In this document: piece by piece, positions 1 to 8,341 of the stretch
Layout of the letters: each line of letters begins with the position of its first letter
Position numbering within the stretch: position 1 is the first letter of the stretch
NCBI GenBank assembly: GCA_043811735.1
Contig: JBDRMW010000127.1
Coordinates: forward strand, 1 to 54,884
DNA from: a bacterium
Lineage (GTDB): Bacteria > Elusimicrobiota > JBDRMW01
DNA length: 54,884 nt
Direction of reading: 5' to 3'
Notes under the pieces: generated by a model
What the model was told of the DNA's origin: nothing
The model's input: only the letters and a program-made list of their open reading frames with translations
The model's database searches: none
Translations under genes and position numbers: made by a program

Positions 1-72
1 CATGCAGACAGAATGAACGTAAAAAACTTCTTCGCAGCACATGTAAATTTATATTTCATATAATGTTAATAA

Positions 73-126
73 ATTATATGAATAACATGTAAAGTTTCTA
101 TTAAGTAAATGTAAAATATTTGTAAA
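73..126 (-). promoter_or_regulatory. Three-box TTTACA array plus TATAAT (minus strand), pointing toward an ATG at 3..1 that runs off the window
   Basis: The plus strand has TGTAAA at 121-126, 110-115 and 88-93, and ATTATA at 73-78. Read on the minus strand this is TTTACA-N5-TTTACA-N16-TTTACA-N9-TATAAT. The spacing is identical to the array at 5679-5732, including a shared CTTAATA between boxes 2 and 3. Confidence 0.45.
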
Positions 127-417
127 TTTATTTTTTCAAAATTATGCTTGCTTTTTCTGCCTGGCAAGAAAAATCTTTTTCCACCAAAAATTCATCTCAT
201 TCGTTTCTGACAAATAAATAAAAGGTAGTAAAAGGGGTAATCTTATATTTTAATGGCTGCGTCTGATCAGCCACTGGTAAATCCTTGTAGGTTTGGGGAG
301 GGGGTTTATTAAAGATGTTGAAAGCCTGCGGTCAACTATTATCTTAATCGAATCGGCCAAATTCATTTTATTTAATAGTCCAGAAAGAAAAAGGCAAAGA
401 AAGAAAAAGGGAAAAAG

Positions 418-446
418 GGGAAAAAGGGAACTGTTCCCTTTTTCCC
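418..446 (-). terminator. Rho-independent terminator for the minus-strand asnB-GT4 unit
   Basis: There is a perfect 14-bp inverted repeat, GGGAAAAAGGGAAC-T-GTTCCCTTTTTCCC. On the minus strand it is followed by a long T-rich run, which is the complement of the polypurine tract at 383-417. It lies 29 nt past the GT4 stop at 475. Confidence 0.7.
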
Positions 447-474
447 TTATAGCTATATCTGTCAGAAATCGTGC

Positions 475-1614
475 TTAATTAGATGTGTGCATAAGTTGGG
501 TGTATACATTTAAAACCTGAGTGAAATTGTGATCCCAGGTGTTGTGTTTTACCATTGCAGGGGCTGCGCAGGCGAGTTTTTTCCTCTGGATAGGGTTTTT
601 CATTAAGTATAAAATCATTGATGAAAGTTTTTGAGCATCATCAGGTTTTTTTACGATAAAATCTTTCATCTCGTTCTTGAAGAGTTCGCTTGCACCGGTT
701 GTTCGGGTGGTAATCACGGGTGCCCCGCAGGCTGATGCTTCCTGAACGGTCTGACCGAATTCCTCAAAATATGCAGGATGAACATAAACATCAAACGATT
801 TATAGTAGGGCGCGGTGTCGGTAAGGGTACCCGTAAATATTACATGATCAGCAATGCCTAGTTTTTTTACATGATTAATATAACAGGGAATCGTTTTATC
901 ATAGCCGGCTATTATGCAGGTAAACGCTGTTTTTTCATTTTTTGGGAGCAGGCTTAAGGAGTTAAGCAGGGTGAATAAATTCCTTTTTTTAAAATCTCCC
1001 GAAGAAAGAAATCCTATGATAAAATTATTCTGAGGGATCCGTAATTTGGTTAAGATTTCCTTCCTTGAGCGCTCTTTGTCATTCGTGTTAAACTGCGCAG
1101 GATCATGGCCCGGATATATGACCGTTATGTCATCTTTAAAAATATTATACCGGTTAATTAAATCATCTTTCATGAGTTTTGAGTTTGCAATAAGATATTT
1201 AAATTTCTTGTGTTGTAATTGCAGGGCATGTATCTTTGCAGCACCTGAGTGCAGCCGGGAATTGTCTTTGTAGAGCTCTTCATGGGTTTTGTGCACGCAG
1301 TTATGCAGGCTTAAGAGATCTTGAGACAAGCTGTCCCCGTGGCCGTGTACCAGAGAAAACCTATGGTTTCTGGTCAATAATCCTGCCCAGGCAGCAAAGA
1401 CCCTGCGTTTGAGATAACTGCCGATTCTTACATCAGGAATATACTTTGTATGAATATAGGGATGCGTTATGAGCTCTTTATTAATTCTGCTTCCGATGAG
1501 TGTTACATCCCAGTTTTTTTCTGCCAGCCATTGAGCTTGTTTTAAGATGGTGTTGCTGGTACCTGTTTTTCCTGAGATATTCCGCGCGATAACAGCAATT
1601 TTTTTAACACTCAT
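475..1614 (-). CDS. Glycosyltransferase, GT-B fold / family 4-like
   Basis: I trimmed ORF 475..1701 to the ATG at 1614 (MSVKKIAVIARNISGKTG...), because the longer version overlaps the asnB stop at 1625. The C-terminal EFGQTVQEASACGAPVITT...GASELF is the typical GT4 donor-binding region. Confidence 0.8.
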   Translation of the reverse strand: MSVKKIAVIARNISGKTGTSNTILKQAQWLAEKNWDVTLIGSRINKELITHPYIHTKYIPDVRIGSYLKRRVFAAWAGLLTRNHRFSLVHGHGDSLSQDLLSLHNCVHKTHEELYKDNSRLHSGAAKIHALQLQHKKFKYLIANSKLMKDDLINRYNIFKDDITVIYPGHDPAQFNTNDKERSRKEILTKLRIPQNNFIIGFLSSGDFKKRNLFTLLNSLSLLPKNEKTAFTCIIAGYDKTIPCYINHVKKLGIADHVIFTGTLTDTAPYYKSFDVYVHPAYFEEFGQTVQEASACGAPVITTRTTGASELFKNEMKDFIVKKPDDAQKLSSMILYLMKNPIQRKKLACAAPAMVKHNTWDHNFTQVLNVYTQLMHTSN

Positions 1615-1624
1615 AATATAGGTT

Positions 1625-3589
1625 TCAAGATATCCATCGGTCATGCCATCTGCAGAGATTATACAAAGTCCAAACTTGAGATGCATAATCTTTTTTTCCA
1701 TCTCGATGCATAGTAAGAACAGCTAAACAAAACTTAAGATTTAAATAGTTTTCTTTGCATAATCTGCTGTTTATAAATGTTTCTTCAACTATTTTGCCTA
1801 AAGATCCTTTAAGCCATTCTTTAAACGGAAAAGAAAATCCCATTTTTTTTCTGGTTAGTATTTCCTTAGGCAAATAAGGGGAGGCGATTTTTTTAAGGAA
1901 TGCTTTTTGTACATTGCCTTTAATTTTATCCGGGCCGGGGATAGCGAATGTTTTTTTAACCAGATGATGGTCTAAGAATGGTACGCGGGCTTCAATCGAA
2001 TTTTGCATCGTTATGCGGTCAACGCGGTGCAGAAGGATTTCAATCATTTTGGTGTATATTTCCACATAACAGACCCGATTAATCAGGTCTTCAGGATTAT
2101 CTGCATGTTCAGAATAAAAATCATGAAGATGTGAAGTATATCCAGCGATCTGATACTCCTCTTCCCATGAATTGTGTGCATGCGGCGGCCGGTGCATAAG
2201 GTGATTAGATAATCTGGTGCCAATAACCTGTTGTTTTTGGGTCTCCCAAAAAGCCATTGAACTGCCGGTATATAATGGTTCATGCTGCGCAATCCTTCGC
2301 AAGAGATCGAATGTGCGGTGGCCATGAAATGATTTTTGTATATAGGGGGACATAAGTGATAAGGCCGCTTTTGCCAGCCACGGCATGGATTTTAAGAGAA
2401 AACTAACATGATTCTGTTCGCGCATAAGTTTCATCATTGAATCATAACCGACAAACTGTTCATCACTTCCTTCTCCTAAGAGGATAACTTTAAATTTATC
2501 TTGTCGTGCCTGCCTGCTTAATACGTAGAGCGGGACCCATATCCAGTCTGAAATTGGTTCATCGAGAATCAGCTTATCATCGCATAATATCTGTTCAGTT
2601 TCTTTTGCATCAGTTATTATTTCCCGGTAGTTTATGGGATATCGCTGGGCGATCATGCGTGAATAGGTTAATTCATTAAACTGGTCTAAATCTTTATACC
2701 CGATCGAATACGTAGTTGGATGATTGATATTAAGCTGGTTTAATTTAGCAACGATTAGACTGGAATCAATCCCGCCGCTTAAAAAAGTTGCGATGGGAAC
2801 ATCGCTGACCAATCGGTGGTTGACTGATTCAGTAAATAGACGATCAACTGAAGCTTCCAGCGATTCAACGTGATGATGCGTGCTGCTTTTTTGCAAAGGA
2901 TTCCAGTATTTTATGGTTTTTAAGGGTTGGTGTGGTCTGGATACGGCGTAACTTCCCGGTTCGAGCCGTTTAATTCCTTCAAATAAGGTGAGCGGTGAGG
3001 GGGTGAACTTAAAACTTAAATAAAGATATAAAGACTGCAAATTAAGATTCCTTTTTCCCGGCCAGATATCCAATAATCCTTGAACCTCAGATGAAAAAAA
3101 TAAAAATCCGTTTTTTTCAGCATAATAGACCGGTTTTATGCCTACCCGGTCGCGGGCAAGAAAAAAAAGTTTTTTTGTGCTGTCATAGAGGGCAAAACAG
3201 AACATGCCGTTCAGCCGGGACAGGAGCTGGTCAAATCCCCAGTTGCGGTATCCGCGCAGCAGTACTTCGGTGTCGCTGGTTGAAAAAAACACTTCTCCAA
3301 GTTCTTCTAATTCTTTTTTTAAACTTTTAAAATTATAGATTTCACCATTATAGGTAATCGTAATATTTAAATCATCCAATTGCATGGGCTGGTTTGCCCG
3401 TGCTGAAAGATCTAAAATTGAAAGCCTCGTATGGCCGAAAACTATTTTTTGGTCTTTATCTATATGAATGCCTGAGGCATCAGGCCCCCGATGGGAAAGA
3501 TGCTGCAATGCTTTTTGTATCTTGCTAATATAAATATCCGGTTTAATGGTATTGCTGCCTTCAGCTAATATGCCGGCAATCCCGCACAT
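1625..3589 (-). CDS. asnB: Asparagine synthase (glutamine-hydrolysing)
   Basis: This is a 654-aa ORF. The N-terminal MCGIAGI carries the Cys2 Ntn amidotransferase nucleophile, and SGGIDSS is the PP-loop of the synthetase domain. Confidence 0.9.
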   Translation of the reverse strand: MCGIAGILAEGSNTIKPDIYISKIQKALQHLSHRGPDASGIHIDKDQKIVFGHTRLSILDLSARANQPMQLDDLNITITYNGEIYNFKSLKKELEELGEVFFSTSDTEVLLRGYRNWGFDQLLSRLNGMFCFALYDSTKKLFFLARDRVGIKPVYYAEKNGFLFFSSEVQGLLDIWPGKRNLNLQSLYLYLSFKFTPSPLTLFEGIKRLEPGSYAVSRPHQPLKTIKYWNPLQKSSTHHHVESLEASVDRLFTESVNHRLVSDVPIATFLSGGIDSSLIVAKLNQLNINHPTTYSIGYKDLDQFNELTYSRMIAQRYPINYREIITDAKETEQILCDDKLILDEPISDWIWVPLYVLSRQARQDKFKVILLGEGSDEQFVGYDSMMKLMREQNHVSFLLKSMPWLAKAALSLMSPYIQKSFHGHRTFDLLRRIAQHEPLYTGSSMAFWETQKQQVIGTRLSNHLMHRPPHAHNSWEEEYQIAGYTSHLHDFYSEHADNPEDLINRVCYVEIYTKMIEILLHRVDRITMQNSIEARVPFLDHHLVKKTFAIPGPDKIKGNVQKAFLKKIASPYLPKEILTRKKMGFSFPFKEWLKGSLGKIVEETFINSRLCKENYLNLKFCLAVLTMHRDGKKDYASQVWTLYNLCRWHDRWIS

Positions 3590-3708
3590 TGGGTAGCTCC
3601 TATTTTAAGTGATGATTAGTATCATATAATATTTTTAATAAAATTGGAAAACTTCTTATAAATTAAAGTATAATAAGTACAAGAATTATATAAAGGAGGA
3701 TATTTTTT

Positions 3709-4206
3709 ATGCAGAAAGAATATATGCTGTTAATCAACCGTTATTTTACGCCGTTTGCTATTGTGCTTATTGGATCAGCGCTCGTGTTTGTCCGGTTTGA
3801 AACCTACATATATCGGATTGTATTATCCCTGCTTGGCTTAAGCATTGTATTAAATGTAGTTACCGCATTATTGATTCAGAAAAAAAACGAATGGGCAAAA
3901 ACTATAGGAAGTTTTCGATTAGCAGCAAATTTAATTTTTAATATTTTATTTATGTATTATTTAGGCAGTTTTTGGGGCCCGTTGTGGATTCTCTTCCTGC
4001 TTACGCCCGTTGCAACGGGGCTTTATTCCACCAGGAAGGTCACGCTTGCGGTTTCAATATCGGTTGCAGCGCTCTTGCTCGTTATATACGGATTACGGGG
4101 GATGCACGGCATAGTCGGCTGGGGGCAGACATCAATACATGCTGTTTTTATTGTATTTATAAGCATGTTTGTTAACTCTCTTTCGCGTCTTATAAGAGGA
4201 ACATAA
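3709..4206 (+). CDS. Hypothetical polytopic membrane protein
   Basis: The 165-aa ORF has about 5 hydrophobic segments. A strong SD (AGGAGG) lies 8 nt upstream of the ATG. I recognised no family motif. Confidence 0.6.
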   Translation: MQKEYMLLINRYFTPFAIVLIGSALVFVRFETYIYRIVLSLLGLSIVLNVVTALLIQKKNEWAKTIGSFRLAANLIFNILFMYYLGSFWGPLWILFLLTPVATGLYSTRKVTLAVSISVAALLLVIYGLRGMHGIVGWGQTSIHAVFIVFISMFVNSLSRLIRGT

Positions 4207-4423
4207 AAAAGAGATCAAAAACCTCCCGCATGGCGGCATTGCCGATGTCTCCGAACCCCATGGGGAACTCTCCCATGGTGCCCATCCGTCCGCTCCCTCA
4301 GGTCATACAAAGAGTTATGTAAAAACAAAGAACAATCAATACAATTGTTCTCTGTTTTTACCCCAACAATCATATTGGGTGGCTGTCCCCTATTTATTAT
4401 CCTTGAAATATCTAAGATGTTAT

Positions 4424-4452
4424 TTGACATTTCAAGGTAAATAATATACAAT
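4424..4452 (+). promoter_or_regulatory. Sigma70-type promoter TTGACA-17-TACAAT for the DUF4143 ATPase, overlapped by a 9-bp inverted repeat
   Basis: TTGACA lies at 4424-4429, followed by a 17-nt spacer and TACAAT at 4447-4452. The inverted repeat CCTTGAAAT (4401-4409) / ATTTCAAGG (4429-4437) overlaps the -35. The ATG at 4461 is 8 nt after the -10 and has no SD. Confidence 0.55.
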
Positions 4453-4460
4453 GATTAATA

Positions 4461-5603
4461 ATGAACATCATTCAGAGACATCATGATATAAAAGAAATAA
4501 AAAGACTCATTAAAACTTTTCCGGTCACTGGAATTCTTGGGTCTCGCCAATCTGGTAAGACATTTCTTGCTAAACATTTAAGATATAATCATTATTTTGA
4601 TTTAGAAAATCCCAGAGATCTCGTGCGGTTAGAACAGCCACAATTAACCCTTGAAGAATTGGAAGGGCTCATTGTTATTGATGAGATTCAGCGGCTTCCT
4701 GACTTATTTAACCTCATACGTTATCTTGTAGATAATAAACCGAAGCAGAAATATCTTATTCTTGGGAGTGCTTCGGGTAATCTTATGAGACAGAGCTCAG
4801 AGTCATTGGCTGGCAGAATCGGGTATTACTATTTAAGTGGATTTACTATTGCTGATGTGGGAGTAACTCAAATTAAGAAATTATGGTTACGCGGGGGATA
4901 TCCGCGATCATTTTTAGCTGCATCAGATCGAGTAAGTACCACGTGGCTTTCTCATTATATAAGCACTTTTCTTGAAAAAGATATTCCGCAGCTCGGTATA
5001 TCAATATCATCAAATACATTACGTAAATTTTGGATTATGTTAAGCCATTATCATGGGCAGGTATTGAATTATTCTGAACTTGGAAGATCATTTGGGATAT
5101 CAGATGTTACTATTAGAAAGTATATTGAGATATTGGATAATACATTTATGGTACGTGTACTTCATCCATGGCATGTGAATGTTGGGAAACGACTTGTTAA
5201 AAGGCCAAAAATATACATTCGAGATGCAGGTATTTTCCATTCTTTGATGTCAATTGAGGATACAAACCAGCTTTTATCTCATAATAAATTAGGGGCATCC
5301 TGGGAAGGTTTTGTATTGGAATCTGTATCAAAAATAATTGGTAAAAGGAATGAAGAGCTGTTTTTTTGGAATACTCATGCAGGAGCAGAGCTGGATCTTT
5401 TCTGGCAGGATAAAGGGAAAAATTGGGGGATTGAATTCAAATATTCAGATGCTCCCCGAATTACTAAGTCTATGCAGATTGCAATAGATGATCTCAATTT
5501 ACATAAGCTTTGGGTGCTATATCCCGGCAAAGAATCATATAAGTTAAATCGAAAAATTACCGTGTTATCTCTCGATTCCTTTAGTTCATATTGGAATTAT
5601 TAG
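4461..5603 (+). CDS. AAA+ ATPase with DUF4143-type C-terminal region (COG1373-like)
   Basis: Walker A is GSRQSGKT and Walker B is LIVIDEIQ. A central HTH-like segment reads NYSELGRSFGISDVTIRKYI. The C-terminal AELD...IEFK resembles a PD-(D/E)xK motif. Confidence 0.8.
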   Translation: MNIIQRHHDIKEIKRLIKTFPVTGILGSRQSGKTFLAKHLRYNHYFDLENPRDLVRLEQPQLTLEELEGLIVIDEIQRLPDLFNLIRYLVDNKPKQKYLILGSASGNLMRQSSESLAGRIGYYYLSGFTIADVGVTQIKKLWLRGGYPRSFLAASDRVSTTWLSHYISTFLEKDIPQLGISISSNTLRKFWIMLSHYHGQVLNYSELGRSFGISDVTIRKYIEILDNTFMVRVLHPWHVNVGKRLVKRPKIYIRDAGIFHSLMSIEDTNQLLSHNKLGASWEGFVLESVSKIIGKRNEELFFWNTHAGAELDLFWQDKGKNWGIEFKYSDAPRITKSMQIAIDDLNLHKLWVLYPGKESYKLNRKITVLSLDSFSSYWNY

Positions 5604-5678
5604 ATAACTGATTCTTAAAAAATCGAAAAAGAGATCTCCGACACTCTTCTGATTAAAATGGAAAATGGAAAAAAATAT

Positions 5679-5732
5679 TTTACAATAATTTTACAAAAAC
5701 TTAATACGAATTTTACATAGAATGGATATACT
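5679..5732 (+). promoter_or_regulatory. Three-box TTTACA array plus TATACT upstream of ORF 5765
   Basis: TTTACA occurs at 5679-5684, 5690-5695 and 5712-5717, with start-to-start spacing of 11 and 22. TATACT lies at 5727-5732, 9 nt after box 3. The SD GAGGA is at 5757-5761. Confidence 0.45.
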
Positions 5733-5764
5733 AATAATAAGAAATATGTTACAATGAGGAATAT

Positions 5765-6190
5765 ATGAAACACTGGGTTGTTGTATTAATTCTTATGGGG
5801 CTTTGTGTAGTAACGGGAGTTCCTAAAACGATCGCCAATTTGGCTTCACATATCGGTATCGGGGCGCCAAAGTATAGTTTTGACAGTTATAATGAAGAGA
5901 CCGGCGATTTTGCACTCTCAGAAACCGTGTATAAGCAGGAAGAATTGGGTATTACTAAAGAATTTATTGTATATGTGATTGACACGGTGTTATGGAGGTC
6001 TATTAGGAACTGCCAAAGTGCCTATATTGAAGAAGCTGATTCATTGAATAAAGCAACGCGGTATGTCAAACGAAGATTTCTTGCCCGTCTCTACAAACTG
6101 CGCCGGCGTTTCATCAAATATAAACCCATAGTAAGATTTATTGATTTCCTTATTGACCGATACTCATCAGACACATATCCCAAACCCTAA
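5765..6190 (+). CDS. Hypothetical protein with N-terminal signal/anchor segment
   Basis: The 141-aa ORF begins with a hydrophobic N-terminus (MKHWVVVLILMGLCVVTG). It has an SD. I recognised no family. Confidence 0.5.
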   Translation: MKHWVVVLILMGLCVVTGVPKTIANLASHIGIGAPKYSFDSYNEETGDFALSETVYKQEELGITKEFIVYVIDTVLWRSIRNCQSAYIEEADSLNKATRYVKRRFLARLYKLRRRFIKYKPIVRFIDFLIDRYSSDTYPKP

Positions 6191-6194
6191 AATC

Positions 6195-7454
6195 CTACAT
6201 TGATAAGGTTTTTATGAGGGCTTCTATGGAAGGGATCTGCTGCTGGGTTTTTGTCTGCATATTTTTTAAGGTAACATAACCTTTTGTTAATTCATCTTCT
6301 CCCAGAATGACGGTATGCGTAAAGTTTTTATCAGATGCATAACTGAGCTGTGATTTAATACTTCGATCAAGCATTTCTACTTCAACCTGACATCCGATTG
6401 CTCTTAATTTCTGTGCGGTTTGAAAAGCAAGCAGGTGAGCTTCTTCGGCGATAACTGCAATAAAAATCTTCCGGTTATTCTCAGCAGGAACAAGCTCTTC
6501 GGGAAAAAGCATAATAAGGCGGTCAGTCCCGAGTGCAAAGCCGACGGCAGGTATTGATGGTCCCCCGAGATCTTCCACGAGCCTATTATACCGCCCGCCT
6601 GCTGATACCGCGTCCTGTGCGCCTAATTTTCCTGATTTAAACTCAAAAACAACACCGGTATAATAATCGAGGCCGCGAACCAGGTTTGGATCAATAGTAA
6701 TATCTTTTCTTTGTACACCTGCATTCTCAAGAAATGAGATAACCTGGTTAAGATTTGATTTGCATGTATCATCAAGATACTCAGTAAGGTGTGGTGCCTG
6801 GACAAGAATCGTTTTGCATTCTTTGCTTTTGCAGTCAAGGATTCTTAAAGGATTAGTGGTAAGGCGTTTTTTGCAGTTATCGCACAAGGATGATAGGTGA
6901 GATTTCGCATAGTAAATAAGTTCCTTAATGTAATCCGCTCTGCATGAAACGCAGCCCACACTGTTAATGTGTAATGAAATATCTTTCAAGTCTGCACAGT
7001 GTAATACCTGCAGATTCATCAGTATCATTTCAGCGTCTGCTGAGGGTGAGTTCACACCAAATATTTCAGCACCGATCTGTCTGAATTCTCTGAATCTTCC
7101 TGCCTGCGGCCGTTCATATCGAAACATGGGCCCCATATAATACAAACGTGTTACCTGCTGGCGCTTGTGAATGTGATCCTGCAGATATGCGCGTACAACC
7201 GAAGCGGTTCCTTCAGGGCGGAGAGTTAAACGCCGGCCTCCTTTATCAGTGAAGCTGTAGATTTCCTTTTCAACAATATCGGTTGATTCACCGATTGAAC
7301 GGGTAAAGAGGCCTGTTTCTTCAAATATGGGTGTGCGTATCTCTTCATACCCGTACAATGAAAAAATCTGTTGAGCGGATTTTTCAATAAACCGCATTTT
7401 TTGAATATCGATCCCAAAAATGTCGCGGGTGCCGCGGATGGTAGAAAATTTCAT
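6195..7454 (-). CDS. hisS: Histidine--tRNA ligase
   Basis: The 419-aa ORF has an N-terminal RGTRDI and the class II motif 2 FRYERPQAGRFREFRQIG. It also has a C-terminal anticodon-binding region. Confidence 0.95.
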   Translation of the reverse strand: MKFSTIRGTRDIFGIDIQKMRFIEKSAQQIFSLYGYEEIRTPIFEETGLFTRSIGESTDIVEKEIYSFTDKGGRRLTLRPEGTASVVRAYLQDHIHKRQQVTRLYYMGPMFRYERPQAGRFREFRQIGAEIFGVNSPSADAEMILMNLQVLHCADLKDISLHINSVGCVSCRADYIKELIYYAKSHLSSLCDNCKKRLTTNPLRILDCKSKECKTILVQAPHLTEYLDDTCKSNLNQVISFLENAGVQRKDITIDPNLVRGLDYYTGVVFEFKSGKLGAQDAVSAGGRYNRLVEDLGGPSIPAVGFALGTDRLIMLFPEELVPAENNRKIFIAVIAEEAHLLAFQTAQKLRAIGCQVEVEMLDRSIKSQLSYASDKNFTHTVILGEDELTKGYVTLKNMQTKTQQQIPSIEALIKTLSM

Positions 7455-7456
7455 GA

Positions 7457-8140
7457 TTAGTAAATAAAACTTTTTAGTTTGTCCCGGTCTATTATCGTAA
7501 CACGTTTGGTTTGTTCATTTAACTGGATACAGCCGGTTTTTTTAAATCTGGTTATGATCCTGGTTATCATTTCCCGCGCGGTGCCGGCAAGCTGAGCTAA
7601 ATCAAGATGCGTAAAATCAGTATCGAGACAAATCCCTTCCGGTGTTTCTTTGCCGTATCGGTCAGCAAAATCAAGAAGAATTATGGCGATTCTGCCTAAG
7701 ACATTCTGAAAGGTCAGTGCTTCAATTTCTTTGTCTGCCCGCCGTAACCGGTTGCAGAGCACCCGGAGGAACGAGAGTGCAAGATCAGGCTGATTCTTAA
7801 GGAGTTTCTGGAAATCTTTGCGGTTAATGGTTATGAGCTCTGAATCAACGAGTGCGCATGCAGAAGCTGACCTGGTCTCCTGATCTAATAAAGACATCTC
7901 GCCGAAAAAATCTCCGCGTTCTAAATAATCAAGCACTTTCGTTTTGCCTGAAGGGGAAGAAGTGAATATTTTTATTTTCCCGCTGGTTACGATATACAGG
8001 GTCTGCCCGCTGGAAGAAATAGAAAAGATCTCCTCGCCTTTTTTACAGGTTAGTTTTTTTGCTATACGGGTGAGAAGTTTAAGATTTGCCTGCGAAAGCT
8101 CGCTTAAGAATGAAACTTTCTTTAAATAACGTGTTTCCAT
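7457..8140 (-). CDS. Crp/Fnr-family transcriptional regulator
   Basis: The 227-aa ORF has a cNMP-binding barrel (GDFFGEMSLL...RSASA) and a C-terminal HTH (LAQLAGTAREMITRIITRF). The SD AGGAG lies upstream. Its stop abuts the hisS start. Confidence 0.85.
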   Translation of the reverse strand: METRYLKKVSFLSELSQANLKLLTRIAKKLTCKKGEEIFSISSSGQTLYIVTSGKIKIFTSSPSGKTKVLDYLERGDFFGEMSLLDQETRSASACALVDSELITINRKDFQKLLKNQPDLALSFLRVLCNRLRRADKEIEALTFQNVLGRIAIILLDFADRYGKETPEGICLDTDFTHLDLAQLAGTAREMITRIITRFKKTGCIQLNEQTKRVTIIDRDKLKSFIY

Positions 8141-8209
8141 AGGTTTTCTCCTTATCCTTAAAAAGGATATAATCTAAATTATTATACAATAAAAATACTA
8201 TTTGGTATA

Positions 8210-8239
8210 CCCCCACACCAAATTTATTTGGTGTGGGGG
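8210..8239. repeat. Perfect 13-bp GC-rich hairpin in the crp/lysA divergent intergenic region
   Basis: The arms are CCCCCACACCAAA (8210-8222) and TTTGGTGTGGGGG (8227-8239), separated by the loop TTTA. Confidence 0.6.
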
Positions 8240-8303
8240 TAACACCCAGGAAAAAATTAGCGCAGCGGGCAGTTTTTTTTAAGCCCGATAAGCCCGATAA
8301 AAA

Positions 8304-8333
8304 TTGACAAAGAGGTTTTAAAAGAAGTAATAT
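8304..8333 (+). promoter_or_regulatory. Sigma70-type promoter TTGACA-18-TAATAT for lysA
   Basis: TTGACA lies at 8304-8309 and TAATAT at 8328-8333. The lysA ATG at 8342 follows after 8 nt with no SD. The tandem AAGCCCGAT x2 (8281-8298) lies just upstream of the -35. Confidence 0.5.
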
Positions 8334-8341
8334 GTAGCATT

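Noticed and set aside
293-478. A 61-aa + strand ORF (MGRGFIKDV...KRQRKKKGKRGKREL...).
   Set aside because: It runs through the polypurine tract and the terminator hairpin at 418-446. Its Lys/Arg/Gly-rich sequence is just the translation of GA-rich DNA, and it has no SD.
4215-4451. A 78-aa minus-strand ORF across the GC-rich island and the ATPase promoter.
   Set aside because: Its composition (His/Arg/Gly-rich) is not protein-like and it has no SD. It also overlaps a hairpin and a promoter. I treated it as noncoding; see the finding for 4207-4400.
6623-6960. A Cys-rich segment in HisRS (CVSC...CDNC...CKSKEC) as a possible unusual insertion.
   Set aside because: Cys-containing insertion domains between motifs 2 and 3 occur in many bacterial HisRS. 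I cannot show from the sequence alone that this one is atypical.
7454-7460. Tight coupling of the Crp/Fnr-family regulator gene to hisS as a functional link.
   Set aside because: Adjacency with a 2-nt gap shows co-transcription only. There is no sequence evidence for a regulatory relationship, and such pairings are often fortuitous.
8281-8298. A CRISPR-like or tandem-repeat array. This covers AAGCCCGAT x2 here, and also (A/G)TTCGTT x3 at 33204-33224.
   Set aside because: There are only two or three copies of 7-9 nt units and no spacers. They are far too short for CRISPR. I noted them only as possible binding sites.
8141-8341. A lysine riboswitch (L-box) upstream of lysA.
   Set aside because: The best promoter ends 8 nt before the ATG, which leaves no leader. 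The upstream hairpin is a simple 13-bp stem with none of the multi-helix L-box features.
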